Assembly: GCA_964486045.1 (NCBI GenBank)
Contig: CAZALK010000012.1
Coordinates: forward strand, 64,001 to 128,000
From: an uncultured archaeon
GTDB lineage: Archaea > Asgardarchaeota > Lokiarchaeia > Sigyniarchaeales > SOKP01
Length of the DNA: 64,000 nucleotides
Direction of reading: 5' to 3'
The translations under genes were made by a program, and so were the position numbers. Positions 43,139 through 51,862 of the stretch are shown one piece after another (position 1 is the stretch's first letter; each line of letters starts with the position of its first letter). The notes under the pieces were generated by a model. It worked only from the letters and a program-made list of their open reading frames with translations. It was not told where the DNA came from and ran no database searches.

Positions 43139-43507
43139 ATGCATGAATTTTCATTTGCCTATAACATCTTTCAAGTAGCTGAAGCCACAGCAATAAAGAA
43201 TAACGCCAAAAAAATAACTGAAGTTCTTTTAGAAATTGGAGAATTAACACTTATTGTACCAGAATTACTTCAACGTTCTTTTGAGATGGCTACTAAAGGT
43301 TCAATTGCCGAGGGAGCTAAATTAACAATTCAAATAACCCCAGGTAAAATTAAATGTAAGGAATGTGGTAAAGAATCTCCTGTCTCCTTAACAGAGGAAG
43401 CTCAATTAACAGGATTACAATTATTCCAGTGTTCTCATTGCGAAAGTAATAATACCGAGATAGTCGAAGGAAAAAAAGCTAATGTTAAAAATATTAAAAT
43501 ATTGTGA
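43139..43507 (+). CDS. hypA: Hydrogenase nickel metallochaperone HypA
   Basis: MHE N-terminus, IGELT and two CxxC motifs. Confidence 0.93.
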   Translation: MHEFSFAYNIFQVAEATAIKNNAKKITEVLLEIGELTLIVPELLQRSFEMATKGSIAEGAKLTIQITPGKIKCKECGKESPVSLTEEAQLTGLQLFQCSHCESNNTEIVEGKKANVKNIKIL

Positions 43508-43532
43508 AAAATGGTAAAATAAGTCGACTTAA

Positions 43533-44417
43533 TTATTTTTTAGCATAAACATTTCCAATCCCAAACCATTCTCCTTCAAAAGGTAATAGGTCCAATTCAT
43601 TTTTTTGACCAATGCTTTCATCTATCATCTTAAAAACGGCTTCATTAAATCCTGCATCTTTATGGAATTTTGTTACTTCATTTACTAACAAGAATTTGTC
43701 AAATCCTTCCAAATCTTGATCACCGAAAAACTCTCTCAATTTTTTAAAACCATTAGAATTTTCTTCAATAATAATCGTACTATTTAAAAAATTCTGATTA
43801 TGTTTTAAAACTCGATAAGTTTCTTTCAAAGCTTTAGGAATTAGTTCTCTCATATTAGAAATTCCCATGAATGATAATGCTAAATCATAGCTGTTTTCTA
43901 AAAATGGCAGATTAGTGGCATCACAAGATACAAAACTAACTTTAATTTTAGGTTTATGTTTTTGAATCTTTTTTCTATCAGCCTGTAGAACGACATAACT
44001 GAGGTCAGTACATACTAAATGAGACTCGTATTTTAACTCTTTTGCTAATTCGTTTAATAACATGCCCCTCCCTGTTGCTATATCAATAACGATTTCAGGC
44101 TTGTTTAAATTGAGATAATCTATAATATCTTCTATAGTTTTTAGAATAAGTTCTTGCTGATTTCCTGGAGTTTTACTTAAAATCATCTCATCAAATTCTT
44201 CAAATGACATCTCTTTAGTCAACTCACTCCACCTATTAACAGTTTCTTGTTCTTCTACTCTAAAATCTAAAACTCCATCTCTTATCTCCCAAAGTTCGTC
44301 ACATCTGCATTTCAATCTTCCATCTATTATTTCACCATTGTCTAGTACTGAATCTACAAGATGTAATGATTTATTACAATTAGGACACTTAAGCAATGCA
44401 ATTATTTCTCTATACAT
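43533..44417 (-). CDS. Class I SAM methyltransferase with N-terminal Trm112-like Zn domain
   Basis: LKCPNC...IRDGVLDF; DIATGRG and CDATNLPF motifs. Confidence 0.85.
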   Translation of the reverse strand: MYREIIALLKCPNCNKSLHLVDSVLDNGEIIDGRLKCRCDELWEIRDGVLDFRVEEQETVNRWSELTKEMSFEEFDEMILSKTPGNQQELILKTIEDIIDYLNLNKPEIVIDIATGRGMLLNELAKELKYESHLVCTDLSYVVLQADRKKIQKHKPKIKVSFVSCDATNLPFLENSYDLALSFMGISNMRELIPKALKETYRVLKHNQNFLNSTIIIEENSNGFKKLREFFGDQDLEGFDKFLLVNEVTKFHKDAGFNEAVFKMIDESIGQKNELDLLPFEGEWFGIGNVYAKK

Positions 44418-44548
44418 TTAATTTCCCTTTCAAATTTTATTGAATTTATCAATCAGGAATATACCAAACTTAACTTCAAAGCTAATTGACTGAAATACTT
44501 CCTTTCCTTATTACTACATAGATTATCTAAAAAAGAAGAAATTGATCT

Positions 44549-44932
44549 TTAAGTTGAAATTAACACACCGTTAATATCACCATGTTGACCAGGGCGGCTT
44601 GTTATTTTTGCATTACCTAATTCAGTCTCAACTATCGCTCCTTTTGTTAGGATATGCCTTCTATTCAAATCCTTTGAAGCAATGTTATTTTCAAAACCCA
44701 TAATCCTAACTTTAGATGTTTTATTTGTATTAGGGTCTGTTACATTTATAGAATTAGTGGAAAATAATCTAATTTTCATGTTACCACCCAATGTCCTCTG
44801 CTTCTTCTTCTTTTCCTCCCCGATAACCGTATCTATTGTAGGGCGATGAAGTTCTCTTTTCCTTTTCTTCCTAAAGTGTCTGTATTTTTTCCCTGTATAT
44901 TTTCTCTTACTTCTAGCTGAACTTCGTGCCAT
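44549..44932 (-). CDS. rps8e: 30S ribosomal protein eS8
   Basis: RKYTG...RKKRKRE, ILTKGAIVET and ITSRPGQHG motifs. Confidence 0.96.
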   Translation of the reverse strand: MARSSARSKRKYTGKKYRHFRKKRKRELHRPTIDTVIGEEKKKKQRTLGGNMKIRLFSTNSINVTDPNTNKTSKVRIMGFENNIASKDLNRRHILTKGAIVETELGNAKITSRPGQHGDINGVLIST

Positions 44933-45084
44933 GAAAAATTTACCAAATTCAATACAATTTAATAGGTTAGTTAAGAAAGGGTATCTTTAAAATTTTTTTA
45001 AAAAACGAACTAAATTATGTTTTATTAAGGAAAAATAAATATAGAAATAATTTTTATCTATTATAATAAATCAATCTTTAGTTA

Positions 45085-45756
45085 TTGATTATAGTAGAAA
45101 TTGCTATTACAAAAATGATAAATAATAATTTGAATCATCGAATTATCGATGAAAAAACGCTTGAAAAAGCTTTTCAAACCGGTACAACAACAGTAGGGAT
45201 AATTGTAAAAGAGGGGGTAGTTATTGGAACTGAAAGCCAGGCTTCGGCAGGTTTTCTAGTTGCCTCAAAGCAAGCACAGAAATTATTTGAAATAAATCAA
45301 TTTACTGCGGCTACAATTGCTGGCGGTGTAGCAGACTGTCAGTACGTAATTAATCAGCTCAAAGCTTTATCTCGCTTAAAAGAAGTAGAGGAGGAGGTGG
45401 TACCCGAGCCTAAATACATTGCGAGTGTTTGTCGTAATATACTTTTTAGCGGTCGAAGTTTTTTCATGAGCATGATGATAGTCGGTGGTTATTCACAAAA
45501 GGGACAATCAGGAATGTTGACAGGTATAGACATGTTAGGAACCTTGTATGAAGAGGACAGCTTTATATCTTTTGGAAGTGGTTCACCCTTTTCTCTAGGC
45601 GTGTTGGAGGCTGATTGGAAACCAAACATGTCTAAAACAGAAGGTGTTGAACTCATCAAAACAGCAATCTCAACTTCGAGAGAACGAGATGCTGGTTCTG
45701 GTTTTAAAATCCAACTTTGCACAATTAATAAAAATGGTTTCAAACAGGTTGAATAA
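45085..45756 (+). CDS. psmB: Proteasome beta subunit (probable start ATG 45115)
   Basis: Propeptide followed by TG|TTTVG; AGGVAD, GSGS and RDAGSG motifs. Confidence 0.93.
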   Translation: MIIVEIAITKMINNNLNHRIIDEKTLEKAFQTGTTTVGIIVKEGVVIGTESQASAGFLVASKQAQKLFEINQFTAATIAGGVADCQYVINQLKALSRLKEVEEEVVPEPKYIASVCRNILFSGRSFFMSMMIVGGYSQKGQSGMLTGIDMLGTLYEEDSFISFGSGSPFSLGVLEADWKPNMSKTEGVELIKTAISTSRERDAGSGFKIQLCTINKNGFKQVE

Positions 45757-45834
45757 TTGCATTTTTGAAATTCCTTAGGAATATTCAAAATTTTATTTAG
45801 ATAAATTTTTAGTAGAATCAACTACATCTTTGCT

Positions 45835-46350
45835 CTAGCTGACTTTTAGTTGAATTTGTTGAATCTCTTCTTCCAAATAAATAAATCCATTTATTTCAAA
45901 ATTACTTCCATCCATTATCGTCCAAATTTGATTTTTAAAGGGTACTTTCGTCATCAGGGATGAGTTTAACACAGTTTCGTAAAAATCATCTAAATATTCC
46001 ATATAATTGACATCAAATCCACTTGGATATGACCCAACGGGGTGGGAATGAAAAATACTTAAAACTCGTCTTTTATATTTTTCATTAGCATTTTTCATTA
46101 TCCTGTATAATTCTTCAATATTTTCCATTAAGAAATTAACTGGGGAGCTTTGATCTGATCTAATGCACTCAATGATCTCCCCAAAGTAGTGATATTGATA
46201 TTTTCCGGGATTATCTAAGATGATTTCTTTTGGTTGAGGTCCTAAAATCAACCCAAAAGCTTCATTAGGACTAGCATTTTGAACACAACCCTTCATATTT
46301 CCATAAATTTCTGGATCAATATAGAAAACTATATCTTTTTGATATTTCAT
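45835..46350 (-). CDS. JAMM/MPN+ metalloprotease
   Basis: PNEAFGLILG and FHSHP...PSGFD JAMM motif. Confidence 0.9.
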   Translation of the reverse strand: MKYQKDIVFYIDPEIYGNMKGCVQNASPNEAFGLILGPQPKEIILDNPGKYQYHYFGEIIECIRSDQSSPVNFLMENIEELYRIMKNANEKYKRRVLSIFHSHPVGSYPSGFDVNYMEYLDDFYETVLNSSLMTKVPFKNQIWTIMDGSNFEINGFIYLEEEIQQIQLKVS

Positions 46351-46375
46351 TTTTTTTCGATTCTTATATTAAATT

Positions 46376-47059
46376 TTATATTAGGGTTAGAGCCGCATTA
46401 AGAGTTGCAATTCTCGCTTTTTGAGGACTATCTCCAGAACCAATTGCAACTACATCATTGTTTTCTAATTTAACCTTTCTCTCAGTCAATTTAGATTCAA
46501 AGTATTTTTGGAGTTCTTTATTTACTATCGAGTCATTATTACTAATTCCAGAATAAGATTTTGATGGAAAAATTAGATTTTTTCCACTATAAACTAAACA
46601 TGTTGCTCCAAAACCATTTATTTTGATTGCTGCGTCTCTTTGATTGATACCATCAGTTATTTTATGACTTGCATTTTTCACTAAACAAAAATATACTGAT
46701 GTTTCTTCAGGTTCAACAATTATATCCTTAAGCACAGAAGATTCTCCTCTTTCGATTATAGGAATAATTGTTTTTATTTTTTCTAAATATTTTAATCCCA
46801 ATTCAGTTAAAACGTGCCCCTTTCTTTTTGTCTCAACAACTACAGCAACAAAATTTTTTTTCTCATTTAGTTTCTTAATTAATGACTTTGCAGTTCCTTC
46901 ACCAATCATTAATTCTTTTTGTAAGCGGTATCTTCCAATACCTTCCGGATTTTCACCAAATATAAATAAAGCTAATATAACATGAACTCTCTCAAATGAT
47001 GGTTTAATTGTAGAACTCTCGAATAGCGAATCTAATTCTTCAAACATCAATGCACTCAT
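46376..47059 (-). CDS. wHTH plus DUF4443-type protein
   Basis: IGRYRL..EL.IGEG HTH; GINQRDAAIK..G.GAT motif. Confidence 0.75.
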   Translation of the reverse strand: MSALMFEELDSLFESSTIKPSFERVHVILALFIFGENPEGIGRYRLQKELMIGEGTAKSLIKKLNEKKNFVAVVVETKRKGHVLTELGLKYLEKIKTIIPIIERGESSVLKDIIVEPEETSVYFCLVKNASHKITDGINQRDAAIKINGFGATCLVYSGKNLIFPSKSYSGISNNDSIVNKELQKYFESKLTERKVKLENNDVVAIGSGDSPQKARIATLNAALTLI

Positions 47060-47185
47060 GAATATGTAAGTAATTAAAGTAAAAAAATTAATATTAAAAA
47101 ATATAAATCAAGTTGTCATATTATTATTTATCGAAAATTTAGAAATTCAAGTTGTATTTAATAATTAACATCATCCTCATTTAAA

Positions 47186-48175
47186 ATGAAGGAAAAAAAG
47201 GATGGAACAAATCCCGATCAGACACAAGATCTAGTTATTTTCAAAAGGAAAGAAGAGCGGGAAAGTAAAGATCTCCCTAAATTTACTTTTGAGGCAATCG
47301 ATCAAGAGGACAAAATAAGACTATTAAATGAGTTTAAACCTTACGGTGGGCATTATGTGCTTTCAATTCAACTATTGAATGAAAGTTTAGCACCAATATC
47401 AGAAGTAAAAATTAAAATTAGGTATTCAAATTTCTTAAAACTAACAAGAAGTTACCCGCCTACCATATACATTTCAGAACCGATTGAGGAAGTGGAAACA
47501 TCTAAATTAGTTCTCGAATTTGACGAACTAAATGAAAGAAGCAAAAAGCAACTTAACTTACACTTTACCCCACTCTCATTAGGTAATGAAGGAGAGATAA
47601 GAACGATTGTTACCTATGTAAATAATAAAGATTTTGTTCGAGTCTTAAATTCAGACCCAGTTACTATTACATTAGATAAAATAACCATTAATCCTAAGAT
47701 AATTCCAAGCTCATATGTCAGAGAATTTTCACAAATTCCCCGTATGAAAAGAGCCGTTAAAAGCTTAGGGATTGGAACACGAGGAAAAAATGATCCCGAT
47801 TTATATTTCAAACTATTAGAACAGGTATTCCTTAGGAACAGTCTTCAATTAATAACTAAAGATCCTGAAAAAAAAATTCTATGGTATTTTGGATCTGATT
47901 TAGAATCGAGAGACGATGTATTAATAATTGGAAAAACCGGGGCAAATAAAGTAAAAATAATCGGTACCTCAAAAAATCATCATGTTCTTATTTCATTTTT
48001 AACATCATTTTCCAATGAATTTAAAGAGCATCTTTTGATAAGTGGAATCGTAAGCAGCCTTGATGACATATATGATTTAGAATGCAAGTATTGTGGGACG
48101 ATTCTCCCTTATTTCCCTAAAAAAGGTGAAGAAGTTCAATGCTCTAAATGCAAATATGAACAACTTTTATGGTAG
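47186..48175 (+). CDS. Hypothetical protein: Ig-like plus platform-like domain and C-terminal Zn ribbon
   Basis: Beta-rich N-terminal half; CKYCG...CSKC at the C-terminus. Confidence 0.7.
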   Translation: MKEKKDGTNPDQTQDLVIFKRKEERESKDLPKFTFEAIDQEDKIRLLNEFKPYGGHYVLSIQLLNESLAPISEVKIKIRYSNFLKLTRSYPPTIYISEPIEEVETSKLVLEFDELNERSKKQLNLHFTPLSLGNEGEIRTIVTYVNNKDFVRVLNSDPVTITLDKITINPKIIPSSYVREFSQIPRMKRAVKSLGIGTRGKNDPDLYFKLLEQVFLRNSLQLITKDPEKKILWYFGSDLESRDDVLIIGKTGANKVKIIGTSKNHHVLISFLTSFSNEFKEHLLISGIVSSLDDIYDLECKYCGTILPYFPKKGEEVQCSKCKYEQLLW

Positions 48176-48702
48176 CTATTTTATTACAGTTGGTTTTCTT
48201 ATTATTGGTAATGTTTATCCATGTCTTTTACTATAAAATTAAAAATAATAGTTAATTTAACTTAAATCAAGAATTAATTACAAAATTTCCTTTATTTTAC
48301 CCAATCCCCTATATTATTAAAATTAAGTTTAAAATTACTAACTATTCAAAATTGCAAAAACTCATAGTGTTACGTCTCAGATTTTGATCGAATTTTTTAA
48401 TTGTTCAAAGAGTTTCTCAATTTAATTCATTCTGAGGAAATTCTGAGACTTTTGATGATTTAAATCTTGGAATCCAACTAAAATTGCCTATCCATAAAAA
48501 GAACCTAACTTGCACGAGATTGATCAATTTCATAATTTCGAATTTTGTCGTTCAATTTTTTTTATTTTTATCCCAACAAAAGCATGAGAATATCAAAATC
48601 TTTAAATATCCAAAAGATCAATATCTATATAATAAATTCTTTAAAAATAACAAAAATTAACAAAAAGTATCACTACAAAATAAATAATTGGAGGAATAAA
48701 AA

Positions 48703-48978
48703 ATGGCTGGATCAGATTACATTTCTTGGTCACCAATAAGACGTCTCATGAAGCACAACGGGGCTGTAAGTCAATAAACCTCTTTTTGACTGGCTAAAAT
48801 CGTTGCGCGAGATGCCGTTAATGAGTTAGTTGATTGGATGGGTCAATCAGCAGAAACACTCACAAAAACCGCGTTAACTTTAACTAAACACTCTAAAATT
48901 CTTATAGGATTCCTATAAAAATAGGAAAGAAAGAAAGTAACGCGTAATGACATCTTATTGGCCATCAAGTATTTTTAA
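48703..48978 (+). CDS. Archaeal histone, 71 aa, spliced: join(48703..48767,48798..48897,48928..48978)
   Basis: GGAGG Shine-Dalgarno at 48690-48694. Spliced product MAGSDYISWSPIRRLMKHNGAVIVARDAVNELVDWMGQSAETLTKTALTLTKHSKRKKVTRNDILLAIKYF has the HMf-like histone-fold pattern (PI.RLMK..GA..V..DA; H.KRK.V...DI.LA). Confidence 0.92.
48768..48797 (+). other. 30-nt BHB-type mRNA intron 1 of the histone gene
   Basis: Intron stem AGTCAA/TTGACT, central helix GGCT/GGCT, bulges GT|A and AA|A(A), exon helix CAACGG/TCGTTG; contains in-frame TAA and TGA. Confidence 0.85.
48898..48927 (+). other. 30-nt BHB-type mRNA intron 2 of the histone gene
   Basis: Intron stem TTATAG/CTATAA, central helix TCTA/TAGG, bulges AA|A and AA|A; contains in-frame TAA and TAG. 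Confidence 0.85.
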
Positions 48979-48987
48979 AGGGATTTT

Positions 48988-49052
48988 TGAATTAGGTAAT
49001 TTACTTAATTCATTAAAATATCTAATACTCTTTTTTTTATCTTCTTTTTTTT
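48988..49052 (+). terminator. Hairpin plus oligo-T tracts after the histone gene
   Basis: TGAATTAGGTAA/TTACTTAATTCA inverted repeat at 48988-49012, followed by two long T runs. Confidence 0.5.
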
Positions 49053-49098
49053 CAAAATTTAATCCTAAATAGATCATTTTATCGTTCTGTTTGAATTT

Positions 49099-49251
49099 AT
49101 GCTTATAGTACTTAATCTCTGTATAGGGTGCGGGGTTTGCGCTTCTAATTGTCCGTCTGGAGCAATTATGCTAGAAAAGGTTCTAGATAATATCCCTGCT
49201 AGAAATCAAACAGAAATGAGAATAAAATATATGGAAGAGAGAGTTTATTAA
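49099..49251 (+). CDS. 50-aa ORF with a single 4Fe-4S motif (small protein or 3' gene remnant)
   Basis: MLIVLNLCIGCGVCASNCPSGAIMLEKV...: CxxCxxCxxxCP; below the ORF-track size cutoff. Confidence 0.65.
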   Translation: MLIVLNLCIGCGVCASNCPSGAIMLEKVLDNIPARNQTEMRIKYMEERVY

Positions 49252-49261
49252 AGCTCTTTTT

Positions 49262-50800
49262 TTATTGTGCAATGCTCAAGTAAGGAGGTTTCATAATTCC
49301 CTCCCACGCCACGCGCTCCTTTCCGTACGGATCATCAACCACTTTAATCTCCTTTCCTAAAAACATCGTACTCCTCTTTTCAGTCTCATATTTGGGCCAC
49401 TCAGGTATCCCACTGTGAGACGGATTTCCAGTTCGGGCAAACGCAATCCATGCATCCATAATTTTTTCACTGAGTTTTTCCGCATCTTCACCTTTACCTG
49501 AAAATAGATTCCAACCTGGTTCCTCCAACATTCCAAATACAAAGGGTATTTCTGTAATGTGACATGCTCCGAGATTCGCACCCATAAAGGGAGATGGCCA
49601 CGTAAACAAATACATGTAAGTATTGGAATTTTGTACTGATTGAACCTCTGCCGTTCGAATTGCAGAAATACGAAATTCAAGATCGGTGGAAAAAGCATCG
49701 AGGACCTCCTGAGCAGAAAGAGATCCTTCATCCTTCCTTGTTTCTCTATATGACGTTATGAGGCGTTCTGCTTTATCTCCGTTTTCACCGAGGGATGTCA
49801 CAATATTTTTTATCCTATTATGCATCATTTCTTCATCTGCTTCTTTGAAGTTGGGATTAAATGTTTTCCATATCGTGGATTCATTCAAATTTGTTCCAAC
49901 TAGCAGATCAACTCCTGCTGCGGTGCCCTTACGAATTAAATCCAGGGGGTGTTCGGGAATATGTTCACCATCAATGAAAGGAGCGATTGAAAAAGGCCAA
50001 GGTTTTATTGCTCCATTTTCTAACGAAATTTTTGATTGAGCATTTACGAGCTCGTAAGCAGAAATTTTCCGGAGCTCTTCGATATCACTCTTTTCAATCC
50101 CTACTTCTGAAATTACACGCTCAGTTATATCTTTACCCTCAGAAGCCCTATAACTTACAGGATTGCATGCACCGCTTTGAGCAATTACATGGTGAAATAA
50201 ACCCTTAGCTTCAGGCATAACTAACAGTGTTGAAACTGCCATACCACCTGCACTTTCACCAAAGATTGTAACATTGTCAGCATCCCCTCCGAAATTCTCG
50301 ATGTTATCGCGAATCCATTTTAAAGCCGTAATTTGATCAAGCATTCCTACGTTTGAAGTGACACCTGGTATAAAAGAGAAACCCAGAGAATTTAATCTGT
50401 AGTTTATTGTAACTACTACCACATTTCCCCTTTTAACTAAGGATGTACCATCGTATATTCGTCCGCTACCAGTATTAAACCCACCACCATGGATCCAAAC
50501 CATTACAGGTCGTTTATTCTGATCGGGGGAAGGTGTCCAAATATTCAAGTTAAGACAATCAGGTTCACTTTGCGGGTTTTGGGGAAATAACAATACAGGA
50601 GGGATCATTTGAGGACACACAGGTCCAAATTCTGTGGCATAAAATACTCCCGGAAATCGCGTTGCGGGAATTGGGGGTTTAAAACGCAAATCCCCCACCA
50701 GTCTTTTGGTATAAGGTATTCCTTTAAATATTTCTATACCCTCATCTTTAATACCTTGAATTTTTCCCGCTTTTGTTTCAATAATTTCGGTTCTTACCAT
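49262..50800 (-). CDS. Type-B carboxylesterase/lipase
   Basis: DCLNLNIW, WIHGGG, GESAG and GACH motifs. Confidence 0.95.
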   Translation of the reverse strand: MVRTEIIETKAGKIQGIKDEGIEIFKGIPYTKRLVGDLRFKPPIPATRFPGVFYATEFGPVCPQMIPPVLLFPQNPQSEPDCLNLNIWTPSPDQNKRPVMVWIHGGGFNTGSGRIYDGTSLVKRGNVVVVTINYRLNSLGFSFIPGVTSNVGMLDQITALKWIRDNIENFGGDADNVTIFGESAGGMAVSTLLVMPEAKGLFHHVIAQSGACNPVSYRASEGKDITERVISEVGIEKSDIEELRKISAYELVNAQSKISLENGAIKPWPFSIAPFIDGEHIPEHPLDLIRKGTAAGVDLLVGTNLNESTIWKTFNPNFKEADEEMMHNRIKNIVTSLGENGDKAERLITSYRETRKDEGSLSAQEVLDAFSTDLEFRISAIRTAEVQSVQNSNTYMYLFTWPSPFMGANLGACHITEIPFVFGMLEEPGWNLFSGKGEDAEKLSEKIMDAWIAFARTGNPSHSGIPEWPKYETEKRSTMFLGKEIKVVDDPYGKERVAWEGIMKPPYLSIAQ

Positions 50801-50917
50801 ATTTTTTTCATCTCACTTATTTGGTTATCTTAACTTTTTTTTACAATAGAGATATAATTTTTATTATTATTTCAATTTTATTTCTTCATTCGATTATGTA
50901 TTTAAACTCTGAGTATC

Positions 50918-51679
50918 TTAATGAAGAACAACTCCACCACATATACTTACAATTTGACCAGTCATGTAGTTTGACTCATCCGATACCAAGTAAGAAATCA
51001 GACCTATTACATCTTCAGCAGTTCCTACTCTTTGTAAAAGCGGTTTCATATTTATCATATTCCAAAAATTTTGAATTAAGTTTGGATCATTCTTGTATAT
51101 TGGTGTGATGTGATATCCTGGACAAATAGCATTTGCAGTTATCATGGGTGCAAGTTCTTTTGCCAACACTTTAGTTAAAGAGATCATTGCCGCTTTACTA
51201 CAGCTATATATTCCAATACCAGGCATTGGTTCTAATCCAGCAATTGAAGACACGTTAATAATTTTTCCCCTTAAGGGTTTTAAATCCGTCTGTTCTATCA
51301 TAAATTTTGCAGCATACTTTGATACTAACCATGCTCCTTTAAAGTTTATATCCATTATTTTCTGCATGTCTTCTTCCGTTTTATTAAGAATTGAGGTAGC
51401 CCCTCTACTAATTCCGGCGTTATTAATAACTCCATAAAGTCCATTTAGCTCGTTTACAATTTCTGAAATCATTGATTCAACAAATTTTGAACTTGATACG
51501 TCTCCTACTTTAATTAAAGTTTTGATGTTGAACTTTTTTAACAGTTGATCAGTTTCAACTAATTTACTCTCAGTTCTACCGTTTAAAATGATGTTATATC
51601 CATCTTCAGCTAATCTTATGGCCATTGCTTTACCTAGACCAGAACCGGAACCTGTTATTAAAACATTTTTACTATCCAC
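50918..51679 (-). CDS. SDR family oxidoreductase
   Basis: TGSGSGLG, NNAG and YSCSK motifs. Confidence 0.95.
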   Translation of the reverse strand: MDSKNVLITGSGSGLGKAMAIRLAEDGYNIILNGRTESKLVETDQLLKKFNIKTLIKVGDVSSSKFVESMISEIVNELNGLYGVINNAGISRGATSILNKTEEDMQKIMDINFKGAWLVSKYAAKFMIEQTDLKPLRGKIINVSSIAGLEPMPGIGIYSCSKAAMISLTKVLAKELAPMITANAICPGYHITPIYKNDPNLIQNFWNMINMKPLLQRVGTAEDVIGLISYLVSDESNYMTGQIVSICGGVVLH

Positions 51680-51862
51680 TTTTTTACGCCTCTTTACAAA
51701 ATAGAATTAATTAGAAATATTTGATTTTAATTAAAAATCTTATTTCCTTTTTTAATTATACAGTTCTTTATAAATCAATATGAAGATTAACAAAAAATAA
51801 AAGATTAAAATAGGTTAACGATTAATACCAACTAAATAATTAAATAATCAAAGTGGAAAAAG

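Noticed and set aside
45945-45957. Minus-strand CTGATGACGAAA resembling a hammerhead ribozyme core
   Set aside because: No stem II or valid stem III/NUH site; lies within the JAMM coding sequence.
48545-48739. 64-aa ORF in the ORF track
   Set aside because: AT-rich, overlaps the histone promoter and start out of frame; spurious.
48766-48795. GTAAGT at the first histone junction looks like a spliceosomal 5' splice site
   Set aside because: There is no frame-restoring 3' AG (a 30-nt excision from this GT would end in CT), intron 2 has no GT start, and the BHB geometry explains both inserts.
48703-48978. Histone as a pseudogene or a stop-readthrough gene
   Set aside because: All stops lie inside the two structured inserts, the exons and Shine-Dalgarno are intact, and readthrough would add 10 aa to both DNA-binding loops.
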